Positions 18,975-28,155 of a DNA stretch of 64,000 nucleotides are shown here, piece after piece (the first letter of the stretch is position 1; every line of letters begins with the position of its first letter). Origin of the DNA: a virus (Duplodnaviria > Caudoviricetes); IMG/VR virus record IMGVR_UViG_3300024229_000651; one strand, written 5' to 3'. The notes under the pieces were generated by a model, which saw only the letters and a list, made by a program, of their open reading frames with translations, searched no databases and had not been told where the DNA came from. Both the position numbers and the translations under genes were made by a program.

Positions 18975-20332
18975 TATATTCCCGCAAGTAACTTCATTTC
19001 ATAAATCTTAATTTCTTTTACTGGTATAAGCATTACATGACTAGTCACGCTCTCTGATACAAGAATTTCAAACCCTACATCTTCCCACGTAAACCCTGCG
19101 GCCTCTAATACTTTGCACATATGCTGATATGCTTCTTGTCGCATACTTCTTGCAAGTTTAGTGAAATGCGTATATGCCTGGGGGTCACTTTTGGCTAAGC
19201 CGCCTTTCTTCATTACTGGAGCAGCTGCTTGTATAAATTTATCTGCATCGTATCCTTTGGTTTTTAAATTACTTAATTTACCAACAAGTGCTTTTGCAGC
19301 TGCTAAATCACCTTGCAATGTCTTGGATTGTAGCATTTTAATTTCTGATGCAGTGGGACCTGGAACTGGCTTAGGGCCTTTAGGCTGTGCTGGTGCATCC
19401 GCAGCTGGTTGGTCAGTTGCTGGTTGGTCAGTTGCTGGTGCATCTGCGGCAGGTTGTTCTCCACCTTTACCTAACGCAGACATAGCTCGGCCGATACCAG
19501 CTCCCACTGTTGCGCCAGCTTTCTTTATAGTGCCAGCATCTGGATCTGATCTTGTTGCTGTAGCAAGTGGTCCGCCGATAGCATCTGCGCCTGCTTTTTT
19601 AATTTTGTCAATACCTTGTCTAATTTTTCCGCCTAGACTATCATCCGGTGCTTGTATAACACCTGTTTTAGGATCAGGTGTTCCAGCGGCTTTATCCAAC
19701 GATTTAGACATTCTACTGTTAGGATTTTCAGCACTCGCATTTGGATCAACAACACCCTTTTGATCTGACGGCATCCAACCTTGATCATTTCGTACAAAAT
19801 GCTTACCTTGAGGCGTCTTAACAATAGCGCCAGGTATCTTACTTGGGTCTTTAGACGCTGGAGCGGCTTGTGCAGGTGCTGCTTGTGGAGCGGCTTGTGC
19901 TGGTGCTGCTTGTGCTGGTGCTGCTTGTGCAGGTGCTGCTTGTGCAGGTGCTGCTTGTGCAGGTGCTGCTTGTGCAGGTGCTGCTTGTGCAGGTGCTGCT
20001 TGCCCTGCCTTCTTAGCGGCTATTGCTGCCTTCTTTGCCTGTATGGCTGCTGATCCGCCGGCTAGTGCATCCTGTGGTTGGGCTGTACTGTTTCCTTTTA
20101 CTTGGGATCTTAAGGCCGGGTCTGTTAAAATATTGCCTTTCTTGCCGGCGGCTGTTTGTTTTACAGGAGCAACTTTAGGTTGCTTAGGCTGTGCCGGTGC
20201 TGCTTTTTTCTTTTTATTAAAAATAGCATCGTAATTGCTACTAAAGTTTTTCTGTGCTTTTGCAGACTGATCTCCACGTAATGCGCCTGGTTTTCCGGGG
20301 ACGGGTGCTTCTTCTATTTGTTCAAGTCTCAT
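18974..20332 (-). CDS. Low-complexity Ala/Pro/Gln/Lys-rich protein with QAAPA repeats
   Basis: Leader MRLEQIEEA; tandem pentapeptide repeats. Confidence 0.75.
   Translation of the reverse strand: MRLEQIEEAPVPGKPGALRGDQSAKAQKNFSSNYDAIFNKKKKAAPAQPKQPKVAPVKQTAAGKKGNILTDPALRSQVKGNSTAQPQDALAGGSAAIQAKKAAIAAKKAGQAAPAQAAPAQAAPAQAAPAQAAPAQAAPAQAAPAQAAPQAAPAQAAPASKDPSKIPGAIVKTPQGKHFVRNDQGWMPSDQKGVVDPNASAENPNSRMSKSLDKAAGTPDPKTGVIQAPDDSLGGKIRQGIDKIKKAGADAIGGPLATATRSDPDAGTIKKAGATVGAGIGRAMSALGKGGEQPAADAPATDQPATDQPAADAPAQPKGPKPVPGPTASEIKMLQSKTLQGDLAAAKALVGKLSNLKTKGYDADKFIQAAAPVMKKGGLAKSDPQAYTHFTKLARSMRQEAYQHMCKVLEAAGFTWEDVGFEILVSESVTSHVMLIPVKEIKIYEMKLLAGI
19856..20002. repeat. Coding tandem repeat, 10 units of a 15-bp unit (one unit of 12 bp), consensus TGCAGGTGCTGCTTG, encoding QAAPA
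   Basis: Counted directly; five identical consecutive units at 19928-20002. Confidence 0.95.
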
Positions 20333-20594
20333 CTTTATTACTCTCCAACGTAACTTTTTTTAGTCCTCGAGAAAATTTAGCAGAATCACCTGATTTTAAA
20401 CTATTCATCAGTCGCTTTTCCAAATCTGCGGCTGTATCATCTTCATACAAATCGGATAACATTGATCTTATATTGTTCACTGTACTCACTAGATGCTGAA
20501 CTCTATTTTCTAAAATGTGGTTTTTATCTCTATCCACACTAATAGAGTTAAGCTCTTCAAGTATACTACGTGATCGTTTATCAGTCATTCTCAA
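20322..20594 (-). CDS. Hypothetical protein
   Basis: 90-aa helical ORF; late promoter at 20613-20620. Confidence 0.65.
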   Translation of the reverse strand: MRMTDKRSRSILEELNSISVDRDKNHILENRVQHLVSTVNNIRSMLSDLYEDDTAADLEKRLMNSLKSGDSAKFSRGLKKVTLESNKDET

Positions 20595-20651
20595 AAGTCC
20601 TAATCTTTCTTATATTTATCAAAATATTTAAAATTTATTTAAGTAAGAATG

Positions 20652-22025
20652 CTAGAAATCATTCTTCTTCATAAACTCACGCATGTTAAGTGCTGTACTC
20701 ACTGTATCCTGCGCTTCAGGTTCTTGCGCAGAAATACTACTATTTCGTTTTAATTGATCTACTAGGCTACTTGTGGTAACAGTCATTGCATCGTCGTCGT
20801 CGTCATCTAAATCTTCAATACGTAATGTGTCAGGATTAAATTTTAAATCCACTTTACTACCGACACCACTACTGCTACGTGTTTTCATAAACTGTATTTG
20901 ATATCTACCACGTTCTCTCATAGCATTACTTGTAAATATACCTACAACATTATCTGCTGTTTGTATTTTACTAATGCCGCCTGCAATATGACTATGATCG
21001 AACTCAATCTCTTCTACAGCACTCCTGCCTAACTGCGATGCTGTTACTAATAATATATCTCGTTCAGAAGCCAAATTGCGTAATTCTTCGGATACATACT
21101 TGTCTTTCACGTATAGATTTTCAGGTGATATCTTAGCACTGATAGGCATCATCAAATCTAAGTAATCCACTAACACTGCATCCACTTTTATATCACTGTT
21201 AATCTCGTATTCTCGAATAAATGCTCTAATATCATTTGTATTAATTCCACTAGGCATTTGTTTTACTCTAAACTTTCCTGCGCCTTTGCCTTTCATTCGG
21301 ACTTTTAAGTCTACATCATCCATATTTTTCATAATTTCTCTGGCGCCGTAACCACTAACCATACTGTCCAGTCTCATACTAATAAGTGGCTCACTAAGTT
21401 CTAAACTTATGTATACAACATTAAGTCCAGCTAAACTCCAATTAACACCAAAGTTCTGTAAAAACAAACTTTTGCCTGCGCCCGATCCTCCTGCGAATAT
21501 TGTTATTTCGCCTCTGTTCAGGCCACCGTATAATTTTCGATCAATGCCTTGCCAACCTGTGCTAACTGCACCTGATTGACTTTTGATATACTGCAATCTT
21601 TCCTTAGGATTTTCAAAATACTCTAAACCTAAATCTTTGACTAGTCCAACTTGTACAGCCTCTTTAATTTTAGTTTCTACTGTACCGTAATCTTGGTTCT
21701 CTAAGAGATCTGTACTTTCAAGAATTGCTTTTTCTAGTGCTTTATGTCTACAAAACTGTTCGAAGTTATCTAGGAACCATTCTATATGATTTTCATTGAT
21801 TCCTTCAATACGTTCTAGTTCCACTCCGGTCTTTGCAGTTATTTGATCAATGGTAGGAATACTATTGTATTCGTTAGCATGATCTTGTAAAAATCCAACA
21901 GTTTCCCTAAAGCGTCTATTAAACATCTCCGGTTGCACTATATTACTTACACGTATAAACAACTCAGGATCTGTTACTAAAAACTTTAAATATAACTCTT
22001 GTATTTCTTCTGTGTATTCCTGCAT
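20652..22025 (-). CDS. Replicative DnaB-like helicase (T4 gp41-like)
   Basis: Walker A GGSGAGKS, YISLEL, VLVDYLDL, TASQLGR, KTRSS. Confidence 0.95.
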   Translation of the reverse strand: MQEYTEEIQELYLKFLVTDPELFIRVSNIVQPEMFNRRFRETVGFLQDHANEYNSIPTIDQITAKTGVELERIEGINENHIEWFLDNFEQFCRHKALEKAILESTDLLENQDYGTVETKIKEAVQVGLVKDLGLEYFENPKERLQYIKSQSGAVSTGWQGIDRKLYGGLNRGEITIFAGGSGAGKSLFLQNFGVNWSLAGLNVVYISLELSEPLISMRLDSMVSGYGAREIMKNMDDVDLKVRMKGKGAGKFRVKQMPSGINTNDIRAFIREYEINSDIKVDAVLVDYLDLMMPISAKISPENLYVKDKYVSEELRNLASERDILLVTASQLGRSAVEEIEFDHSHIAGGISKIQTADNVVGIFTSNAMRERGRYQIQFMKTRSSSGVGSKVDLKFNPDTLRIEDLDDDDDDAMTVTTSSLVDQLKRNSSISAQEPEAQDTVSTALNMREFMKKNDF

Positions 22026-22031
22026 TTTAAA

Positions 22032-22838
22032 CTACTGCCTCTTAGAAAGTATTCTAGTCAATTCTTCTTTAATGTATGATGCTATCAGTTGATTGCCTTC
22101 TTGGTTTGGATGACCGTCTTCAAACCTGTGGTCTACAGATGCCGATGTTAGAGGTTGCGCCCAATTATCTAAATCGACTAACCCCATTAGTATTCTCATA
22201 TAATCCACACTGATCCCAGCAACGTCATTCATCATTTGTAATACATTTGACCCTATTGACATTGACGTAAACAGATAGGGGACTCCTGCATCTTTTAAAT
22301 AATTTTGCAAAAATAGCACTTTTTGTAAATACTCGATCTGCAAATTATTCTTATTCCACGTATATTTTAACATATCGCTTACTGCTAGTAAAGACTTTTG
22401 ATGCATCTTATTATCTTCTATCTTGTTTTGTAAATAAGCGTTGTCTACATGGCTGTCATACAAAAAATTATTGTTTAAAAAACGGGCACCCTCCCTAGTT
22501 TCAAACACGCATTCGCCTGTACAATAATTTATATAGTCTGCCACCAAATCACTATAAAATTCGTGGCGGAATATACTAGAAAATTGTATTACAGCTATCG
22601 TATCGTCAGTACCGTTTTTTTCTAACCATTCCACTGTCTGTCTAATTATTTTATCGTTGCTGTTTCCAGGTAGAGAAATATTATGCAATTCATAATCACT
22701 GGAATCGCTAATAAGGTTGGGCCACAAAAACCCCTCATCCTTAGAAGGACAATGCAAATCTTCTGCTGTTTCGCCGTCTACAATATGCACTAAATCTGCT
22801 CCGGCACTAAAACTGCATCCACTAACTAATAATCTCAT
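22032..22838 (-). CDS. SGNH-hydrolase-like protein
   Basis: GCSFSAG, NISLPGNSN, EDGHPN. Confidence 0.65.
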   Translation of the reverse strand: MRLLVSGCSFSAGADLVHIVDGETAEDLHCPSKDEGFLWPNLISDSSDYELHNISLPGNSNDKIIRQTVEWLEKNGTDDTIAVIQFSSIFRHEFYSDLVADYINYCTGECVFETREGARFLNNNFLYDSHVDNAYLQNKIEDNKMHQKSLLAVSDMLKYTWNKNNLQIEYLQKVLFLQNYLKDAGVPYLFTSMSIGSNVLQMMNDVAGISVDYMRILMGLVDLDNWAQPLTSASVDHRFEDGHPNQEGNQLIASYIKEELTRILSKRQ

Positions 22839-23824
22839 AACATCTTTGCCTGTACTTGTGCCTTAATCTTGTTATCTACTGCATACTTAATTATGCTGGA
22901 TAAGGTTAACAACCTACCATATTTTTGTACAGCGTCGGCAGCGTCTTTGATGTCTTTTTCCCATGGAGGAAAACTTACTTCCCATCCTAATTCCAGTGCT
23001 TGCTCTATTAATTGCTTACCTGGTTGATCTCTGTCAGGACACAGTATAACACGCTTACCCAGTTTATCTATTAAATGTGCTTGCTCTGCTGTAACACTGT
23101 TACCTAATACACTTATACTGTCTATTAATACTGCATCTAGCACACCTTCTGTGACTACTACAATTTCACGCTGGGTATCAACGAACTTGTCAATATTAAA
23201 CACATACCCAGGTGGCATATTACTAAGATATTTAGGAGTCTTCTTGTCTAAAGGATTCACATGCCTGGACGTCCAACCAATCAAATTACCGTTATACATG
23301 AACGGCACTACTAATCGCTTGCTGTACTGTAATTTTAATTCAGTATTGTAGCCAAAATACAGTAGCGTTTTACCGAGCAAACCTCTTTCTCTAGCATACT
23401 GCTTAACATCATGGTCATCGGGTAGTAAATCAATTGTAGTTGCATTCTCGGGTAATTCTATAGTTTCAAACTTAGAAGCACTATACACATATTCGCCTGT
23501 GTCCTCTACATCCAATTCCTCACCGTACTTCATCAAATTCATAATTGTATCATGTATTTGTTTGTCCGGGACAGCTAATGCTGATAGTAATTTTTTGTAC
23601 TTTATACCTAATCTAGGACTCGGTGACCATCCTGTAGTGTAATCACAATTGAAGCAATGGTAACTAATCTTAGGTCCTGTTTGTCTGATGCCACCTCGTT
23701 TGCGCTTATCATCGCATATAGGACAATTAAGCGTAATCCAGCCGCTTGGAGTTTTACCGGATTTAATAGGTAAATTATCCAATAACAGTCGATGTACTTG
23801 TTCTACTAAGTCATGGTGTTGCAT
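22835..23824 (-). CDS. DNA primase (T4 gp61-like)
   Basis: Zn finger CPIC..HCFNC; TOPRIM motifs VTEGVLDA, DRD and DAAD. Confidence 0.93.
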   Translation of the reverse strand: MQHHDLVEQVHRLLLDNLPIKSGKTPSGWITLNCPICDDKRKRGGIRQTGPKISYHCFNCDYTTGWSPSPRLGIKYKKLLSALAVPDKQIHDTIMNLMKYGEELDVEDTGEYVYSASKFETIELPENATTIDLLPDDHDVKQYARERGLLGKTLLYFGYNTELKLQYSKRLVVPFMYNGNLIGWTSRHVNPLDKKTPKYLSNMPPGYVFNIDKFVDTQREIVVVTEGVLDAVLIDSISVLGNSVTAEQAHLIDKLGKRVILCPDRDQPGKQLIEQALELGWEVSFPPWEKDIKDAADAVQKYGRLLTLSSIIKYAVDNKIKAQVQAKML

Positions 23825-23830
23825 AAAACA

Positions 23831-23858
23831 ATTATAACACCTTAAGGGAGAAAGTCAA
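23831..23858 (-). promoter_or_regulatory. Sigma70-type promoter TTGACT-N16-TATAAT
   Basis: Directly upstream of the primase gene. Confidence 0.6.
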
Positions 23859-24689
23859 CTAATTTCTAAGAAGTATTTTATCAACGGAGCCTGATGTTTT
23901 CACAAACTCTACACGTATCCAGTTAGTATTAATTGTAAAATTAAAAGGATCGACTCCTGAAAAAGCAGTTGTGTAAGGAATAACACTCTGGCCGAAATCA
24001 CCTTGCGGATTAATGTTATACCAATCGCTTTCCTGTGTAGGTGTAGACTCTAACGCACTGCCCTGAATTTGTATTTTACCAACAAACTCGTTAAGATAGA
24101 ACCCAATCGTGTGTCGACTATGTCTGTAATTCTTAGCCTGGTTTCCATACATAGCACTAGTGACAAATTTGTCTTCGGCATCACCTAATGTAACATTACC
24201 TGTTTGTATAAAAGATACACTTGATTGGCTAGGTAACGGATGATATTCTAACGGACTTTTTATTTCAAACTGTGTAATTACACCTTCATTTTGATTAGCA
24301 TAAAGTGCATACTGTGATTGTCCCGAATCTGCGCTTTTTGATATAGCCATTTTGTAAAAGCCCGGTCTTAGATCAGTTAGATCACCTGTGCTTAAATCTA
24401 AACGTACTTCCCCCACAGAATCAGCTACGTGCGTTAATTGTTTGAACATAACTCGAGTATTTGTATTCGGATCTATGACTGTGATATACAATGTTTCAGA
24501 TGAAACGTCTTGTAATACCCTATCTCTATTCCTAATAAAGAAATTCACTGTGTTAGTAAATCCTTTTTGCACGACTATTGATGTTTGATTCATTGGTTTG
24601 TTATCCACCTTGATTGTATCGCTAGAAAGAACCAAGTCAATTGACTGATTTTCCAACAAATATAAAATTTTGGCATTATTATTTGACAT
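23859..24689 (-). CDS. Hypothetical beta-rich protein (candidate baseplate/structural)
   Basis: Late promoter at 24720-24727; Ig-like beta pattern (inference). Confidence 0.55.
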   Translation of the reverse strand: MSNNNAKILYLLENQSIDLVLSSDTIKVDNKPMNQTSIVVQKGFTNTVNFFIRNRDRVLQDVSSETLYITVIDPNTNTRVMFKQLTHVADSVGEVRLDLSTGDLTDLRPGFYKMAISKSADSGQSQYALYANQNEGVITQFEIKSPLEYHPLPSQSSVSFIQTGNVTLGDAEDKFVTSAMYGNQAKNYRHSRHTIGFYLNEFVGKIQIQGSALESTPTQESDWYNINPQGDFGQSVIPYTTAFSGVDPFNFTINTNWIRVEFVKTSGSVDKILLRN

Positions 24690-24748
24690 ATCATGTTCTC
24701 TGTACCATTCTTTGTATAGTATTTATCTCCTGCATATAAATATTACTG

Positions 24749-25120
24749 ATGACAAGTAATGATGATTTACAAAAAAAATTCCCTTTCTTAACGTGCATTA
24801 TCTTCAATAACGCAGAATATGTTGGTATAGTTCAGAACAAAGACAATCATATAATAAGTTTTTATGATATAGAGAAGTGTGCAAACAATAAAGAAAAACG
24901 ACTCATGTTAGACCATGGCGACCTATGGTGGTGGGAGAGCAACCGGCTCTTACCGATAGATGTATTTTTATACACTGAGATGAAGTCATTCAAACATACC
25001 TTAAGATCATTTATGGTGAAAGAAGTTGAAGTTGTCTTTGGCCCTGTAACCAGTATGCAGAATATTTTAAAGAAAAGAATCAAGCGCCGCACTGTGCAGC
25101 TAGTTAAAAAAGTAGACTAA
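24749..25120 (+). CDS. Hypothetical protein
   Basis: Divergent gene with TATAAATA (24735-24742) 6 nt before the ATG. Confidence 0.7.
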   Translation: MTSNDDLQKKFPFLTCIIFNNAEYVGIVQNKDNHIISFYDIEKCANNKEKRLMLDHGDLWWWESNRLLPIDVFLYTEMKSFKHTLRSFMVKEVEVVFGPVTSMQNILKKRIKRRTVQLVKKVD

Positions 25121-25692
25121 GTTAACCCCTCGCAAATCAAGTTTAATTGCACAATAATTGCTGTTGCAAACGCAATTGCATGCGCCTTCTTAAAATAATA
25201 CTCACCACTTACGGGTTTATCCCACACTGTTTTGACAATTTCTTCAAACGACTCGCCTATTAAATGCTTTTTAGCAGGACGTATAATAGCCAATATCATC
25301 GCCAATTGTTCTACATTTACAGGTTTATAGTCTTTAACTATGTGGGCATAGTTGTTAATGTGATATAACTGACTGACAACCTCTGCATGCAGTAGTAGGT
25401 CCCACATAGGCTCAGTATTTAATAGCTTATCTAAATGTGTTTCATCACGAACGGTTTGATAGATAGTGTTATTTAAAAAATCTACTTTGAAATATCCAGC
25501 TTTTTCAGCTTCTTTATGATCTATGGTACTGTAGCCCTTTAAAGGAAAAGTTGGTATAGGCTGGAAATAAACGCCAGTCTTATGCTTCTCAAATTCTGAG
25601 TCACGCTTTATAGCAGCAGGTATATGGTTGATCAAGTTCAAGAACTTGTCTCTATCAGCCATATCGATATCTACATCAAAATTAATCTGCAT
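25117..25692 (-). CDS. Miniature DNA polymerase III alpha (DnaE)-like protein
   Basis: FDVDIDMAD (DxD), KHKTGVYF, YFKVDFLN, LAIIRP and FKKAHAIAFA parallel DnaE PDxDxD / HAAG / KxDFL / ALxRP / FNKSH motifs. Confidence 0.75.
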   Translation of the reverse strand: MQINFDVDIDMADRDKFLNLINHIPAAIKRDSEFEKHKTGVYFQPIPTFPLKGYSTIDHKEAEKAGYFKVDFLNNTIYQTVRDETHLDKLLNTEPMWDLLLHAEVVSQLYHINNYAHIVKDYKPVNVEQLAMILAIIRPAKKHLIGESFEEIVKTVWDKPVSGEYYFKKAHAIAFATAIIVQLNLICEGLT

Positions 25693-26023
25693 TTTTCATC
25701 TTATTAAGCATTTGAACATTTTCAAACAGTGAGCGTAATTCATTGTCTTCGGGTAAGTTATTAATTGTTTCAATTAGTGCATCAAGTAACTTAATTTTTT
25801 GCTCGTCGATTTTTGCACTTCCTACGTATAAAGAGTTATCTAGTTCTATAGTGTCACTAGAAGTGGGACCGGTTAGGATAATATCATCTAGATTCAATGT
25901 ATTCAAATCAAAGGATGTAATAGTATCAGTATACATTGAATCGTGTGTAGAAATACTTAAAGGTGAGTCTACTGTAACAACGTTAAAATCTAACGGGTAA
26001 TATGGGTCATTGGGGTCATGCAT
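25682..26023 (-). CDS. Acidic hypothetical protein
   Basis: Co-oriented ORF overlapping its neighbours. Confidence 0.55.
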   Translation of the reverse strand: MHDPNDPYYPLDFNVVTVDSPLSISTHDSMYTDTITSFDLNTLNLDDIILTGPTSSDTIELDNSLYVGSAKIDEQKIKLLDALIETINNLPEDNELRSLFENVQMLNKMKNAD

Positions 26024-26264
26024 ATAAATTACTCCATTTTATTAATTTCTTTTGCTTCGCTATTTTACGTTCTTCTATATGGTCGTCGGTGACATAGCCG
26101 TGCTGTTTTAGTAATTCTATCATTAGTATAACATCACCGATCTCATCCTGCAAGTTATTTAAGTATTTTGTTTTTCCGTTACTGCGGATAACTTTACTAC
26201 AGGCTTGTATTAATTCGCCGCATTCTTCCATAGTGTTAACTAATAATTCAACTTGTCTTTCCAT
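26016..26264 (-). CDS. MazG-like nucleotide pyrophosphohydrolase
   Basis: MEECGELIQA...LQDEIGDV (EExxE...EIxD). Start set at MERQV, after the GAGGAG SD. Confidence 0.8.
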   Translation of the reverse strand: MERQVELLVNTMEECGELIQACSKVIRSNGKTKYLNNLQDEIGDVILMIELLKQHGYVTDDHIEERKIAKQKKLIKWSNLYA

Positions 26265-26309
26265 ATTATAACTCCTCATATAAAAGGGCGTCCATGCCCT
26301 AGTAATCAA

Positions 26310-26750
26310 TTAAGATTCGCCATCCCAAGGATCGCCGTTATTACATAAGTCTTGCCATGCTGTTTCCTCAAAGGAAGCTACACCAGTAGGTTCATACCAA
26401 TCACATTGATTGTATTGACCATCGCCTGTGACATCACAATCACGGTACCAAATTTGATCATCGAACGTGTAACCATTTTCATGCAACTCATGCGCTTCAC
26501 ACCATTCCTGTGTTCCCTTCGGATTTGGATTTGGTGTGTATGGTGGTGCATCGACCTTTGTAGAAGGCCACAACTTTTTAAATTGTACGGTCTTCTGGTA
26601 AGGATGATAACTGTACAAGTTATCTTGTTGGGTGATAAAGACCTTCTCATCCTCACCAACAGTGTACACTTCACCATTACCATATTCGATAACGGTTTGT
26701 GCACTAGCACTCAAACTAACGAGTGTCAAACATAGTAGTAAATACTTCAT
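26310..26750 (-). CDS. Exported protein with Sec signal peptide
   Basis: MKYLLLCLTLVSLSASA-QTVI, with an AxA cleavage site; four Cys in the mature region. Confidence 0.7.
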   Translation of the reverse strand: MKYLLLCLTLVSLSASAQTVIEYGNGEVYTVGEDEKVFITQQDNLYSYHPYQKTVQFKKLWPSTKVDAPPYTPNPNPKGTQEWCEAHELHENGYTFDDQIWYRDCDVTGDGQYNQCDWYEPTGVASFEETAWQDLCNNGDPWDGES

Positions 26751-26830
26751 ATATTGTCTCCTGTGTGTTAATTACCACGACATGCATTCACGTGAACGCA
26801 TGTATCGTAACCCCTACACAGTACTGCAAA

Positions 26831-27490
26831 TTAAATTTCCTTATTTTTAAACTCTTCTGCAAGTGGGAATATCTTTGCAATAACATCTGCTACAACATGG
26901 GCAATATCCATATGCTCTTGTTGTGTACCATTGGCCCCACGTAACTCAATGTAATGAATCCAACTACGCAACGTACCGTTAACGTACAGCCTGCTTAACG
27001 TGTTTCCTTCCGGTAGTACTGCTCTTGCCTGCTCTTTAGCAATACCGTTGCTTACAGCCCACGTATAAGCGTCTGTGGCGGCTTTTATCACTTCCCGTTG
27101 GCGTTTATGCCATTCGATTTCTAAGCCGTCATTGTCTGATTTAATGCTGTTCTGTCTATTCTTAGGATCTTGTAATCGTGCTTCACGAGTCATAAAGTCT
27201 AAGTCCTGTGTTGGGTCAGCATAACGTTGACTAAACTCCTGGAAACTAAAACTTCTATGACGTAGCAATTGTCTTGCTATGTCTCTGGTTGTTTCTACTT
27301 CCAAACAAACGCTCACCATTTCAAGTGGGGACCAGTGCTTGTGTTTCATCAAATACTTTACAAGTTTTTCATTTGTTAGTTTATTGTTTTGATTATCTGG
27401 ATTACTTACTCTTGCACAGTATGCAACTAAATCTAATGCTGAATCACTGTGATCCGGCGCTTGACTATGACTGATTAATTTTACTTTCAT
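26831..27490 (-). CDS. thyX: Flavin-dependent thymidylate synthase
   Basis: HWSPLE, RQLLRHRSFSFQEFSQRY (ThyX motif), LRSWIHY. Confidence 0.96.
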   Translation of the reverse strand: MKVKLISHSQAPDHSDSALDLVAYCARVSNPDNQNNKLTNEKLVKYLMKHKHWSPLEMVSVCLEVETTRDIARQLLRHRSFSFQEFSQRYADPTQDLDFMTREARLQDPKNRQNSIKSDNDGLEIEWHKRQREVIKAATDAYTWAVSNGIAKEQARAVLPEGNTLSRLYVNGTLRSWIHYIELRGANGTQQEHMDIAHVVADVIAKIFPLAEEFKNKEI

Positions 27491-28155
27491 ATATTTGCAT
27501 CCTTGCATGCTTGTTTAATTGTTTCGACTTCCGCCTTGTTGGTTTTAAAGACTTTCATCCAAAAAGGAGGATCGATCAGTTCTTTAATCATTTCAACTTG
27601 CTCCGAAGACAGTCTTGTTAAAAGTTGATCTCCTGTGTTACACAGGTATAATACCCAAGGGCTAATTTTTGCAGCTCGGATATCATATACAGCTCTAGGC
27701 GAGGAAACTGTAGCAAAATAATCTTGCCAACTGTAGTCGCTTTCCTTGCTCCATTCTGCAAGATATATAATTGTGCGTTCTAGTGCTTTTAGTCCGGGTT
27801 CTTTTTTTAAGAACTCCCTCAAATATGTTTCATATTGTTTGTCGCTGGGCCAATCTTTTAATTTAATGCCGTTCTTTATAAGCCACTCTGTGTAAAGTTC
27901 TGGACTCATCCATTCATTTAATTTGCAAGCTCTTCCGAATTTGACAAACGCCTCATAGTACTGACTTTGTATAAAGTCTTCCATACTTTTAGGCTTAGTT
28001 GCAGATGTATTCATCTCATAAAACATTTGAAAGGCCCTATGGCCCAAGCGTACATGGCTCAAATCTTTATCGGACCAGCGTCTTTTTTTAACACACATAT
28101 GTGCACTTAGAGTACGCTCGGTAGTAAAGGACTTTTTACACCACTTGCATTCCAT
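27487..28155 (-). CDS. Hypothetical protein with N-terminal C2H2-like zinc finger
   Basis: CKWC...HMC. Confidence 0.65.
   Translation of the reverse strand: MECKWCKKSFTTERTLSAHMCVKKRRWSDKDLSHVRLGHRAFQMFYEMNTSATKPKSMEDFIQSQYYEAFVKFGRACKLNEWMSPELYTEWLIKNGIKLKDWPSDKQYETYLREFLKKEPGLKALERTIIYLAEWSKESDYSWQDYFATVSSPRAVYDIRAAKISPWVLYLCNTGDQLLTRLSSEQVEMIKELIDPPFWMKVFKTNKAEVETIKQACKDANI

Noticed and set aside
19856-20002. Possible CRISPR-like array
   Set aside because: Head-to-tail 15-bp units with no spacers, in frame within a protein. I saw no repeat-spacer array or cas genes anywhere in the window.
19781-20053. Cys-rich CCLCR repeat ORF on the + strand
   Set aside because: It is just the reverse-frame reading of the QAAPA coding repeat.
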